Below are positions 38,087 through 50,239 of a stretch of DNA of 64,000 nt, piece after piece. The position numbers and the translations under genes were made by a program. Under the pieces are notes generated by a model. The model saw only the letters and a program-made list of their open reading frames with translations, had not been told where the DNA came from and did no database searches. Numbering within the stretch: position 1 is the first letter of the stretch; every line of letters starts with the position of its first letter. This stretch comes from Balanoglossus misakiensis (lineage: Eukaryota > Animalia > Hemichordata), in the NCBI GenBank assembly GCA_040954595.2, contig CM082589.2, positions 11,978,894-12,042,893 on the forward strand. The letters run 5' to 3'.

Positions 38087-39488
38087 ATGTGGGCAACGAA
38101 AGGTCCTATATCTGTAACTTTTGAATTTTTATTCAGTATTATGCTTGTTATCAACCATCATTTCTTGTTCAGCTCGGTGAAGCAGGGTAAGCAATGTTGT
38201 TATTGTTTAAAAATTGTATTCAAGCCTGGGTCTGGACTTGGATGCAATTTGTCAATAATAACAGTGATTGGTAACTGCATGTTTTCATAACTGGCTATCT
38301 GTTAAAGAGACCATTTGCTGTGTGTACAGTACACATGCCATTGGCAGCTTATGGGTCAGCCAGTGTTTGCCTGTTAATCTCTCGTTGTGTATGTGTGTCT
38401 GTACAGTCAGATCGCATGGTACTCATTAACATATGTTAATGAGGGAAAGTACTTCATACCATGTAGCCGTTACCGTGGGCCCCGCTGAAGGGTCGCGAAA
38501 TAGGCCATTTTTTTACGCGACATTATAGACCTGATTTCAGGCGAACAGGACTGTGTACAAAATTGAGTATAGACAACTCAGGTTTTAAAGGATTTTCATC
38601 ATTTCCACTGTGTCAATGTCAGTACATCCTTGCTATGAGAAAAAGCCATCCCTTGTGTACTTCGTGCTTATCGCGGGCAAACAATTTGTTTAAAATCCCT
38701 GATTTTGATATGGTGCAAACATTTCACCAACAAACTAACACACCATTTGCCCTTACTCAAGACACCCTGATTTGTTTGAAATGCTATAAAACATTTGTTG
38801 CTTTAGCGGAAAAAGCAAGGTGTAGTATTCAACAAGGCCTAATTATGTCGAGTGATATAGCACTTGCTGAAGAAATTAAAAAATATGTCACAATGCTACA
38901 AAAAGGCTGCAGCTGTGACACCGACTTGGTGAATTTTGCATGCTGGAAAACTGTTGTCTTTTTAGGAGAAGTGCTCCTCAGAAAACACGCCATTCTATTG
39001 TTTGACGTCAGGCAATATTTCAATGATTGTTTAGATGATGAATATCAGCCTTTGCGACCCAAGGTCAAGGTACAACCAGTGGAATTCCACAGAAAACCTA
39101 ATAGCTGGCTTATTCGGGAATTTCTATGTGTGTATTATCCAATTCACCTTTCTGTTGTATCAAAAGTGAGTAGAAAGTTCTCCACCTTTTTGTACCGAAC
39201 GGGTTCAGATCTCACTATTCCCTCCAAAATGCACTTGTCGAACATCCCCAGTATGTTGTGCATACAACAGATAGAGAGGCTTGAAAAGCAAGTAAGAGAC
39301 TTGAGTAAAGTTGACGTTGACTTTTTCAAAATGCTTGATTGGGTGGCTGTGAAATTAAATGCCAGCATTTATCAGCAATCTTAAAAATTCAGTATAAATT
39401 ACTGCAAAACAAACTGTTGATCTGAGTACACTTGATGTTGAATATATTGTCAGTGAGATTGACCCTGTGTTATGGAATACTATTTTTA

Positions 39489-39950
39489 TATATAATCCCA
39501 TGATATTTTTCTTTGTTTGACGTCATCGTATACGAGTGTTTTCGCAGAGCTGTGCAACTTCGAGCCCTAGGCGAGAAGTTGCTAGACTCCGCGAAAACCA
39601 CGAGTATACGATGACGTAAATAAAGAAAAATATCATGGGATTATATATTTATCACATGAACAGTCTTCTTATTTTTCGTTAGAAGAGGTAGGATACAATA
39701 TTCCAATATCCTGCTAAAATATTCGAGCGGCCTTGTAGTTTATTTAGCGGGATTACGTTCTTTCCCCTGTGCAACGATCTGTGGCCCCAACGAGATATGC
39801 TAATTATGGAATCACTTTCATTCATAAAGTGAAATCGACTTTCAAGTTTTTACACTTTTGCGTCTTGTCTACCAATCAGATTCGCGGAGTCAGTCACATG
39901 GGCCAGAATTTTGATACATTCTGCCTGTCAATCATTGTCTCGCGCTGTGT
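39489..39950. mobile_element. Hairpin element inserted in the Academ ORF
   Basis: About 160-bp palindrome ATAATCCCATGATATTTTTCTTT...AAAGAAAAATATCATGGGATTAT centred on GAGCCCTAGGCGAG; interrupts IDPVLWNTIF / MSTQR. Confidence 0.75.
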
Positions 39951-40665
39951 ACATGTCAACACAACGTCCTAGCAATTCGTTGAACAACAGTGAATGCAGT
40001 AAATTAAAAAGCCCCAACTTTGAATGGAATAAACACTACTATGGATTTTATGACCAGCACTCTATGGAGAGTAGAGCACAATTCCTCAGGCGTTTGTTTT
40101 GTGTGTATGATATTGTTCACTTGTTCTGATCATTGTACTTACCCATTGCATACTTACCTGGCTGACATTGTTGAAGGTTATAGTAGGTCATCTACTCTAG
40201 TGAAAATTCTAAATTGATTTGGTATTATTTGTTCTGGAGATACATTGCATAGATACATGTTGGGAGTTATCAACAAAAGAACATCAGCTGATTTCACAGA
40301 GGAAAATATTGCAAATAATGCATTTTGTATAATTTCCATTGACAATATTGATAAATCAGCTAAATATGCAGCTGTTAGAGCTGATCCAAAGGACAGAGGT
40401 TTCCACGGTACTTCTTATCAAATGGTCCAACCAAAACCAAAGTCAATTTTGAACAGTGTTGATGGTATTGTTTTTGGCTGTCATGACAAACATTCAACTG
40501 TCAAAGATTTTAAGCTATTCAACATATATGGTGATGGAAGGTGCTTTTTCAGGAGCATCTCTGTGAGAAATGATATTGCATTGCAAAATTGCGATCATTT
40601 ACCTAGTGGACTCCCTTCTGACCCAATTTTAGCTAACCGAGAGAAAATATTCGCAGACAAGTTAA

Positions 40666-41003
40666 AGGGACAAAGTCTCTCTCTCGCTGCCCTTTTTCCA
40701 TCAATTATGTATGATGCAAGACACCGTTGATGTTATTCTACATGTGGATATATAGTGAATCAACGTTCAACCACACACAACTTCCATCTGGTTTGTATGA
40801 TATGAGTGAAAATCTCGCCAAAATGAATAAACGGTAAACACCAATTATTCATTTAGGTGAGTTTTTCTGTCTCGTGTCTACAAACGGGATGGAAGTTGTG
40901 TGTGGTTGAACATTGATTCGCTATATATCCACATGTAGAATAACATAAACGGTGTCTTGCATCAAACATAATTACTGGAAAAAGGGCAGCGAGAGAGAGA
41001 CTT
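40666..41003. mobile_element. Kolobok/T2-like MITE in the first OTU copy, right end truncated
   Basis: Inserted at TTAA; 23 bp present in the second copy (GAGCAGATACAGTAGACATAATG) are missing together with the MITE tip. Confidence 0.88.
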
Positions 41004-42405
41004 CGTGCCAATCATATATACTTTGAAGGAATGGATGATGCACAACTTGATGTCCTGTTAGACGGCACTCGTTATATGGACATTTTGCACAGAACACAAT
41101 GTATGGAAAAGGCAGATGAATATGCTGGTATGCCAGAAATGATATCTGTAGTGTATGTTGCAAAATGTCCATTACATATATACACCAAGCAGAATGATAT
41201 ATTTGCAAGAGGTGATGGTGATGTGTTCTCCAAGACTGAGCCTGTCTGTCTCTTGTACACACCAGACAGGCCAGGTCAACCAGGCCATTATGATTTGCTT
41301 CTTAACAGGCAGTTAATTAAAAGTAAAGATAGTCTGGTGAGTGAAAATGCACGGAATTCATTTGAACGGTGGCAGGAATTAAACAGTGGCTTTTGTTCAC
41401 AAAATACAGTAGACTATGAAATGAATGAAATTTTTGGCAATTTGTGGAAATAATACTAAAATCATGGTTGACAGATCTATCTAAAAAAATACTGGTACAG
41501 GTTTGAGTGCACCTGTGAGAAAAGCCCGTACATTTACGGAGAAAAAAATCCAATGATACTGTTCATAATGATGTAGTATTTAAACCACCTCTACTGAGAC
41601 AACATCAACCACGGTCATCAATTTCGCTGTCAGATTTTGACATTAAACAAGAAGAAGCCATTGCTTGGTCAGAACTGTTTTCTGACAATTCATTTTTGCT
41701 CTACAGAAAAATGCAATGCACAGAGCTGATATAGAAACAGTTTTTGGGGATTTTAAATCAACATTAGCAACAAATGCTAACAGTAATGAAAGTGAATGCT
41801 CAAATGTCATTTATTTGGGCATATCAAGTGAACACGCAGACACCATTGAAACTGTCCATAACATTATCAATAAGCTGTATATGTTACATTCAGAGTTGGT
41901 GTAAGAATAAAATACCTGGTTGTGGTTGGTGATGGGAAAACTTTCCATCACCTGATAAAGTTAAAAGACATGTATGGTGCAAATTTAGACTGGTTGCAGC
42001 CTTTTATCAGAGACTGGCACACTCAAAAAAATTACCAACCAGTCATCATGAAAATATTCTGGGATGCTGGCCTAAAACATCTGGCAGGGTTCAATCATAA
42101 AGGGGGAACTTTGGAAACCCTAGTACAGTGTACAAATTTCAAGCTAACTCATCGCTTCCTAACACAAATTTGGGAAAGTATGTTTAGATGTATTGTCAAT
42201 TCCTTTTTGAATAAGAGGGGTGACACCCATAATACCCAGCACTGTCCCTTAAATACAGAAACAGTCCAAAAATGTTTACTAGAAGCTGTCACAAAATCTT
42301 TGGAATGTACTGAAGATAAAGCTGATCATATTGACAAAATTAATGGTGACCTTAAGGCTCAACTTACTCGCTTGCAAGAGGAATTTCAGATTTTTTGTGA
42401 CAGAA

Positions 42406-43038
42406 CACAGTACGATATTTTACCCACAATTCTCCATGATTTGTATCATCGAAGGTTGCCCATTTAATAACTTTTTTCTGTTTTAGATACTAACAATGAT
42501 ATGAAGTACATATAAATCTATTTATGTTTATCTAGGAAAAGTACGTTGAGGAATTAGAGTGAAATTCCAAAATCAAAATTTAAAAGCAATAAGAATCAAA
42601 GTATTCATGTACTGCAAATGCCACACTTTGGAGGAAACAAGCAATGAGGAAACAAGCAATGATTGACTGAGGTGGCCAGTCTCTGTTGAAAGTTAACATG
42701 TAAATTTCCACTGTTCTGTCAAAAGAAAATATCAATATCATTTTGTTTGATTAAACAGGTGTTTCAAGTGTCCCTGTTTTACTCCAAACTTTTTGGTATG
42801 GCTGGCTATGCAATTGCTTGATTATTTTATAAAATTCGTATCTTCTCTCTCAATAATACATAATTTTCTAAATCATTTGAAATGGTAATTGACAATAAGA
42901 TTCACCTTAAAAGTAAGATCTCAAAATTTCTATTAGTGGTCTACAATTCTCTCTACACATGTGAACTTTGCCTGGTTTGACTGAGTAATCTCTGATTGTA
43001 CAAATCAGAATGAATTATGGGATATTTCACGTACTGTG
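42406..43038. mobile_element. Transib-like MITE (CAC..GTG termini, 5-bp TSD CAGAA)
   Basis: CAGAA|CACAGTACG ... CGTACTGTG|CAGAA; removal restores FCDRRANTDKTFKFW in the transposase. Confidence 0.8.
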
Positions 43039-43678
43039 CAGAAGGGCAAATACAGACAAAACTTTCAAATTTTGGGTTAGATTTATAGAGGAAGATTTGT
43101 TTGCATACATGTCTTTGTACATTGCAATAAGGTCAGGAAATTGGAACTTCGAATATCGGCTTTGAAAAAAATAAACCCACTGTTCCATGCATATGACCGA
43201 TCCCTGTACATGTCAACACAACGTCCTAGCAATTCGTTGAACAACAGTGAATGCAGTAAATTAAAAAGCCCCAACTTTGAATGGAATAAACACTACTATG
43301 GATTTTATGATCAGCACTCTATGGAGAGTAGAGCACGATTCCTCAGGCGTTTGTTTTGTGTGTATGATATTGTTCACTTGTTCTGATCATTGTACTTACC
43401 CATTGCATACTTACCTGGCTGACATTGTTGAAGGTTATAGTAGGTCATCTACTCTAGTGAAAATTCTAAATTGATTTGGTATTATTTGTTCTGGAGATAC
43501 ATTGCATAGATACATGTTGGGAGTTATCAACTAAAGAACATCAGCTGATTTCACAGAGGAAAATATTGCAAATAATGCATTTTGTATAACTTCCATTGAC
43601 AATATTGATAAATCAGCTAAATATGCAGCTGTTAGAGCTGATCCAAAGGACAGAGGTTTCCACGGTACTTCTTATCAA

Positions 43679-44395
43679 ATGGTCCAACCAAAACCAAAGT
43701 CAATTTTGAACAGTGTTGATGATATTGTTTTTGGCAGTCATGACAAACATTCAACTGTCAAAGATTTTAAGCTAATCAACATATATGGTGATGGAAGGTG
43801 CTTTTTCAGGAGCATCTCTGTGAGAAATGATATTGCATTGCAAAATTGCGATCATTTACCTAGTGGACTCCCTTCTGACCCAATTTTAGCTGACCGAGAG
43901 AAAATATTCGCAGACAAGTTAAGAGCAGATACAGTAGACATAATGCGTGCCAATCATATATACTTTGAAGGAATGGATGATGCACAACTTGATGTCCTGT
44001 TAGACGGCACTCGTTATATGGACATTTTGCACAGAACACAATGTATGGAAAAGGCAGATGAATATGCTGGTATGCCAGAAATGATATCTGTAGTGTATGT
44101 TGCAAAATGTCCATTACATATATACACCAAGCAGAATGATATATTTGCAAGAGGTGATGGTGATGTGTTCTCCAAGACTGAGCCTGTCTGTCTCTTGTAC
44201 ACACCAGACAGGCCAGGTCAACCAGGCCATTATGATTTGCTTCTTAACAGGCAGTTAATTAAAAGTAAAGATAGTCTGGTGAGTGAAAATGCACAGAATT
44301 CATTTGAACGGTGGCAGGAATTAAACAGTGGCTTTTGTTCACAAAATACAGTAGACTATGAAATGAATGAAATTTTTGGCAATTTGTGGAAATAA
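43679..44395 (+). pseudogene. OTU-like cysteine protease domain in frame with Academ transposase
   Basis: IYGDGRCFFRSIS ... YAGMPEM ... GHYDLL correspond to the OTU Cys box, central WGG-E-like motif and His box; directly follows HGTSYQMVQPKP. Confidence 0.8.
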
Positions 44396-45347
44396 TACTA
44401 AAATCATGGTTGACAGATCTATCTAAAAAAATACTGGTACAGGTTTGAGTGCACCTTTGAGAAAAGCCCGTACATTTACGGAGAAAAAAATCCAATGATA
44501 CTGTTCATAATGATGTAGTATTTAAACCACCTCTACTGAGACAACATCAACCACGGTCATCAATTTCACTGTCAGATTTTGACATTAAACAAGAAGAAGC
44601 CATTGCTTGGTCAGAACTGTTTTCTGACAATTCATTTTTGCTCTACAGAAAAATGCAATGCACAGAGCTGATATAGAAACAGTTTTTGGGGATTTTAAAT
44701 CAACATTAGCAACAAATGCTAACAGTAATGAAAGTGAATGCTCAAATGTCATTTATTTGGGCATATCAAGTGAACACGCAGACACCATTGAAACTGTCCA
44801 TAACATTATCAATAAGCTGTATATGTTACATTCAGAGTTGGTGTAAGAATAAAATACCTGGTTGTGGTTGGTGATGGGAAAACTTTCCATCACCTGATAA
44901 AATTAAAAGACATGTATGGTGCAAATTTAGACTGGTTGCAGCCTTTTATCAGAGACTGGCACACTCTAAAAAATTACCAACCAGTCATCATGAAAATATT
45001 CTGGGATGCTGGCCTAAAACATCTGGCAGGGTTCAATCATAAAGGGGGAACTTTGGAAACCCTAGTACAGTGTACAAATTTCAAGCTAACTCATCGCTTC
45101 CTAACACAACTTTGGGAAAGTATGTTTAGATGTATTGTCAATTCCTTTTTGAATAAGAGGGGTGACACCCATAATACCCAGCACTGTCCCTTAAATACAG
45201 AAACAGTCCAAAAATGTTTACTAGAAGCTGTCACAAAATCTTTGGAATGTACTGAAGATAAAGCTGATCATATTGACAAAATTAATGGTGACCTTAAGGC
45301 TCAACTTACTCGCTTGCAAGAGGAATTTCAGATTTTTTGTGACAGAA

Positions 45348-45980
45348 CACAGTACGATATTTTACCCACAATTCTCCATGATTTGTATCATCTAAGGTTG
45401 CCCATTTAATAACTTTTTTCTGTTTTAGATACTAACAATGATATGAAGTACATATAAATCTATTTATGTTTATCTAGGAAAAGTACGTTGAGGAATTAGA
45501 GTGAAATTCCAAAATCAAAATTTAAAAGCAATAAGAATCAAAGTATTCATGTACTGCAAATGCCACACTTTGGAGGAAACAAGCAATGAGGAAACAAGCA
45601 ATGATTGACTGAGGTGGCCAGTCTCTGTTGAAAGTTAACATGTAAATTTCCATTGTTCTGTCAAAGGAAAATATCAATATCATTTTGTTTGATTAAACAG
45701 GTGTTTCAAGTGTCCCTGTTTTACTCCAAACTTTTTGGTATGGCTGGCTATGCAATTGCTTGATTATTTTATAAAATTCGTATCTTCTCTCTCAATAATA
45801 CATAATTTTCTTAATCATTTGAAATGGTAATTGACAATAAGATTCACCTTAAAAGTAAGATCTCAAAATTTCTATTAGTGGTCTACAATTCTCTCTACAC
45901 ATGTGAACTTTGCCTGGTTTGACTGAGTAATCTCTGATTGTACAAATCAGAATGAATTATGGGATATTTCATGTACTGTG
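45348..45980. mobile_element. Transib-like MITE, duplicated copy
   Basis: Same element and CAGAA TSD as 42406-43038. Confidence 0.8.
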
Positions 45981-46569
45981 CAGAAGGGCAAATACAGACA
46001 AAACTTTCAAATTTTGGGTTAGATTTATAGAGGAAGATTTGTTTGCATACATGTCTTTGTACATTGCAATAAGGTCAGGAAATTGGAACCTTCGAATATC
46101 GGCTTTGAAATAATAAACCCACTGTTCCATGCATATGACCGATCCCTGTACTTGAGGTTAATTCCCAGACATCTTGCTGACCTTCTGAAGATGCCAAACT
46201 CTCTGTTGTTACATTTCAAAGCAGGTGGTTTTGTTTGCAATTTGTCAGGCTCAACTTGGGTTAATGTAGCACTAGATGAAGCCCATGAAATGTGCGTCAA
46301 TAAAGATGTTAAAGCTGCATTGCATACTTCTACAGGTGGGTTAATGGAGAGAATAGCAATTTATTTACCCTATAGAGCTATGGCTGCCAAGAATCTAAAA
46401 GATCAGTTATTTCCTTTCCAAAATGAAACCCATAATTCAGTTAGTGTACATAAAATACATGAGTCAAACTGCAGGTTGTATATCAATTGTCTTGAAAGTG
46501 CTGATGTATTTTCACCACTTAATACCGCCAGGGAGCTAACTAATATATTTTCAGATGACACAGCAAAGA

Positions 46570-47640
46570 ATAGCGTCAAGGACACTGTGGTCCCATTTGA
46601 GGATTATGCGGAAACAGTGACACACCAGAATAAAAATTACAGGTGACATTGCAAGCAGATATGATCTTACGATATAGAAATATGGAATGTAAAAAAAATT
46701 AACAAGGAACATGCCCAATAAACTGTCATGTGTCATGACAGTCTTACAAGTAGTGCTAGAAAAAAAATTGACCAAAAATTGTCTGTACAAACACATATGA
46801 GAAGCAACTTCTTTCAGTCAGCTCTGAAACAGACAGACAGACAGACACACACACTGACCTGCCACTGGTAATAAACAATTTAATAGCCCATGGTCTCTCT
46901 AACAGCTGGCTTATTGAAGTTATGTAAACATGCCTAAGTTGGGGGTAACAACTCCTTGTAAACAGTAACTTTCAAAACAACTGGACAATTGGTTTAGGAG
47001 AAAAAACTCGCTAAATATTGAATATTTCTGATATCAGAATTGAATAAAAGTTGCACATATACATGTATGTGTTATGAAATTATATCCTAAATTTCAAAGC
47101 AATCAGAGAAAAAACAAATCTCAAAGCAATCAACAAGCAGTTTCACAAAAAAATATTTGTTCAAAAGTGGCAAAAACACAAAATTGTACAATACCTTACT
47201 TCAACCACTACAAGGAACATGCTGCCAAAGGTCAATGCAATATGACAAGCAGTTTCAGGAAAACAATTTTTGACAAAAATTGCAAAAGTTTCCCCTATAA
47301 CACATTTATGAAAATATCACATTTTTTACAACATATTATTTGGGTTACACCTACGAACATGCCTACAAAATTGCAAAGCAATCTGGCATGCGGTTTTAAA
47401 GAAAAAAAATTGACCAAAAATGGCAAATATTGCTCAAAATTATAAATATGCAAATTTTGCAACAATTTGAACAAAACTATGGTTACTCAGACAACAATTG
47501 GGAAGCTTCATACTAAATTTAAAAGAAGTAAGCCCATCACTTTCAGAAATGAAGACTTTTTACCAATAACATGGAAAAATACAAACAAATGCATAAAAAA
47601 TAGGAAATCAATAATATTAGCTCAAAACATACATTAATTG
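46570..47640 (+). mobile_element. Non-autonomous repeat(s) interrupting the Academ ORF
   Basis: Protein similarity stops after NIFSDDTAK and resumes near 47660; contains (GACA)n and blocks shared with 13300-14150. Confidence 0.6.
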
Positions 47641-47662
47641 TAGGCCAAGCAAGAGAAAACTA

Positions 47663-48745
47663 GTGAACTTCTTGTCAGCCACATCTTTAAAAATAATTGT
47701 ACCGGCTCTGCAAGGTGATCATGTCCTCATTACAGCAGGTGGCTTTGATGGGGAAAATAGGGACAAAAGTCTTTTCGTCGGTAGTAATGGAATTGTGTCT
47801 GAGTGGGAAGCCAAAAGTTGTCATGAAGAAGCTGACAGTAGATGCATCCTTCATGCAGTTCAGTCCTCTTACAAGAAAGGTGTTATTTACTCCCCTGATA
47901 CCGATACTTATCATGTTCTCCTCCCAGTACTATATCAACATGTTCAAAAGGAGATATTTGTACAACTGGATAATGATTTATCCAATCTCACTTATTTAGA
48001 CATGAATCAATTCAAATCAGATTTAAATTTAGACCCTGATTTGCAACATATTCCCCTCCAATATGTAGGCAAAATATTTCAAACAGTGTTCACATGCACA
48101 GGTTGTGACTATACTTTGCAGGCATCGGAAAGATATCTTTCTACAAGACATTTTTTCAATACCCTGAATTTATAACTAGTGGCACCCTTATACCTGGAAC
48201 ACTGATAGACACAACAGTAGACAGTGTAGGGAATGGAATTTTTGCTTTCATACGTTTAAAAGGTAGTGTTTATGTTAAGAAACATTTCCAAGCATTTGAT
48301 GCATCTCATCCTTTTGAACTTTATCAACAAGTAGCCAGTGTCACTAACAGTCTTAAAGATAACCACATCAAATGGCTTACATATATACGAGAAACAATTT
48401 GGCCACGTATCCAGTATGAGGAAGAATGTATCCCTTCCTTTGAAGCCCTACAACTGCACTGGAAAAGATCATGCTGGGTCTCTCAGTTATGGTCCCAGGC
48501 CGATCAGTGCCATGTTACGTTTCCCTTATTCAATAATTATGGATACAGACTAAGCAACGGCGAACTTGATATTATTTGGGACAGTGATGCCAATTTAGAA
48601 AAAGTGAAAAATAATTTGGAGTTGCTAACAAAAGGGTGTGGCTGCAAAAAGATGCCAACTTGTAATAGCAGATGTTGTAAATGTTTATAAGACCCACAAT
48701 GGTTGTGGCCCTGCGTGTCAATGCAATGACTGCAGTAATCCACAT
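47663..48745 (+). pseudogene. XPG/FEN1-like nuclease and Cys-rich C-terminal part of the Academ protein, frameshifted
   Basis: HEEADSR, SPDTD, TGCDY(frameshift)FAGIGK motifs, then the terminal Cys cluster. Confidence 0.82.
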
Positions 48746-49372
48746 AATGTACCACATCGAAAAAGTATGGGGTATGCCCAAAATATACAGATAAGTCACC
48801 ACTATTAGAATCACCATCACCAATCACTGATACTGAACATCATAATATGGAAAATAGCATTTCGAATTAATTTCTTTTCACGGATGTCGGGACCGATATT
48901 AGACCTCTCTGTCAGGAAAGTTTGGTTAACTTCCGAGGTCGTTTTCAAATGATTTTTGACACGTTTGTGGACGTCTCTTTCGGGGTCACCAACATACCAC
49001 TGAAAACACGTTAAAAACTTCTACTATTACCGACAGATTTTCATAAAATTTACGTCTGCAGTGAAAAATGGGAATCACTTTCGTAATTTATCCAGCTAAC
49101 ATGGTATTTTATTGCACAACAGAGCATAAAAATCAAGTTGAAAATCACCTTGAAAATTGGCCTATTGCAGTCTGTTTGAAAGTTAACGTTCGCTCGCTTG
49201 ATGAACTTTCATATGCAAATGAGCACCGTGCGATCTGACTGTGTATATGTACTCCGTGTAGACTGAATGGGACCACTGTGTCCTTGATGCAATTTTTTAC
49301 ACTTATCAGGTATATGTTGACTAACACAAGCAAAAATTTCACCAACTCATCTGAGAAATCTTATCCCAGGTC

Positions 49373-49800
49373 CTAAGGTTGTGAGATTAATAGAATCTTA
49401 CACTCCCAAGGACTAGGGGTCATAATTCTGACATGAGTTGGGGATTTTCTGTCCCACACGAGCCGCAGGCGAATGTGGGACAAAACATCCCTGACAAGTG
49501 TGGGAAATATGATCCTAGGTCCTTTGTGTATGAGATTATATTTCTCACACGGGCACAAATTAGCCAAATTCGTCTTAAAACATTGAATAAATGACTCTTG
49601 AGTTGTCATCTGGCATGGTGTAGTTTCTTTATCCTGTCATTGGATAACATTTAGCGCACGTTATTGAAAAACGCTTTGTCATCCAATCAGCGCTCGCGTC
49701 ATATACAGCTTTCGATTCAGTGAGTGTGTGGGATTGATTTGTTCTTACACTCTGATCCCACACTCTCAGCATGCCAGGAGTGTGAGAATCTATATAATTA
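49373..49800. mobile_element. Hairpin element with GAGCCGCAGGCGAA centre
   Basis: GGACTAGGGGTCATAATT..GGGATTTTCTGTCCCACA / TGTGGGACAAAACATCCC..ATATGATCCTAGGTCC stem. Confidence 0.6.
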
Positions 49801-50119
49801 AGATCTACGAGTTTGAAATTTTAGTTGAAGAGTTTATCAATTTCTTTGCCAACCCTGTACGGCATTCTGGGATATGTGTTCATGCCAAAGCACAAACAGT
49901 TATGACCTGACAGCTCAGTTTGTACATCATTTCTACAAATCCACAAAGAAACTGAACGTTTAGAAAAGTCAGGCCTGTTAGAAATATTAGAAATATCACT
50001 GTTAATACTTAATTTCAAAGCCATGTGAATTTGTTCAATTTAAGAAAATGTTTAAAGGGAAGGGAGGATAGGTATTGACTTGAATAATTACAATGGATGT
50101 TTTTGTTTTCTGTTTTTAG

Positions 50120-50239
50120 ATGTGAATGAGTGTTCAGATTCTGTTTGTGCTGGAGGTTGTCACAATGCAGAGGGTGGATTCAGCTGTAGTTGTGGTGATG
50201 ATGGTTTTTCTCTGAGTGCAGATCATGTCAATTGTTTAG
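50120..50239 (+). pseudogene. Calcium-binding EGF-like exon, phase 1-1, 120 bp, open
   Basis: DVNECSDSVCAGGCHNAEGGFSCSCGDDGFSLSADHVNCL; poly-pyrimidine AG and GTAATT ends. Confidence 0.9.

Larger units (their letters stand above)
43205..46146 (+). repeat. Internal tandem duplication of the Academ ORF (second copy of 39948-43204)
   Basis: Near-identical 2942-bp unit; TGTAC at 39948, 43205 and 46147. Confidence 0.95.
38464..49140 (+). mobile_element. Decayed AcademX-type DNA transposon (Academ transposase, embedded OTU-like domain, XPG/FEN1-like nuclease, Cys-rich C-terminus)
   Basis: Fragments in order: CxxC pairs (38563-39488); IISIDNID..FHGTSYQMVQPKP; GDGKT..DWH; TFKFW..AIRSGNW..PLFHAYDR; VALDEAHEMCVNKDVK; CHEEADSRCILHA, SPDTD, TGCDY; PSFEALQLHWKRSCWVSQLW; CGCKK..C..RCCKC..CGPACQCNDCSN. 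Candidate left end TAGCCGTTACCG at 38464; right end not found. Confidence 0.8.

Noticed and set aside
43679-44395. Helentron or viral origin for the whole 38-49 kb region because of OTU
   Set aside because: No Rep (HUH), PIF1 helicase or viral hallmark motifs were seen; both flanks carry Academ motifs.
47663-48175. Host XPG/FEN1/EXO1 gene
   Set aside because: Intronless, frameshifted and collinear with Academ transposase motifs and the Cys cluster.
48800-49370. Right TIR of the AcademX element
   Set aside because: No reverse complement of TAGCCGTTACCG was found, so the right boundary and TSD remain undefined.
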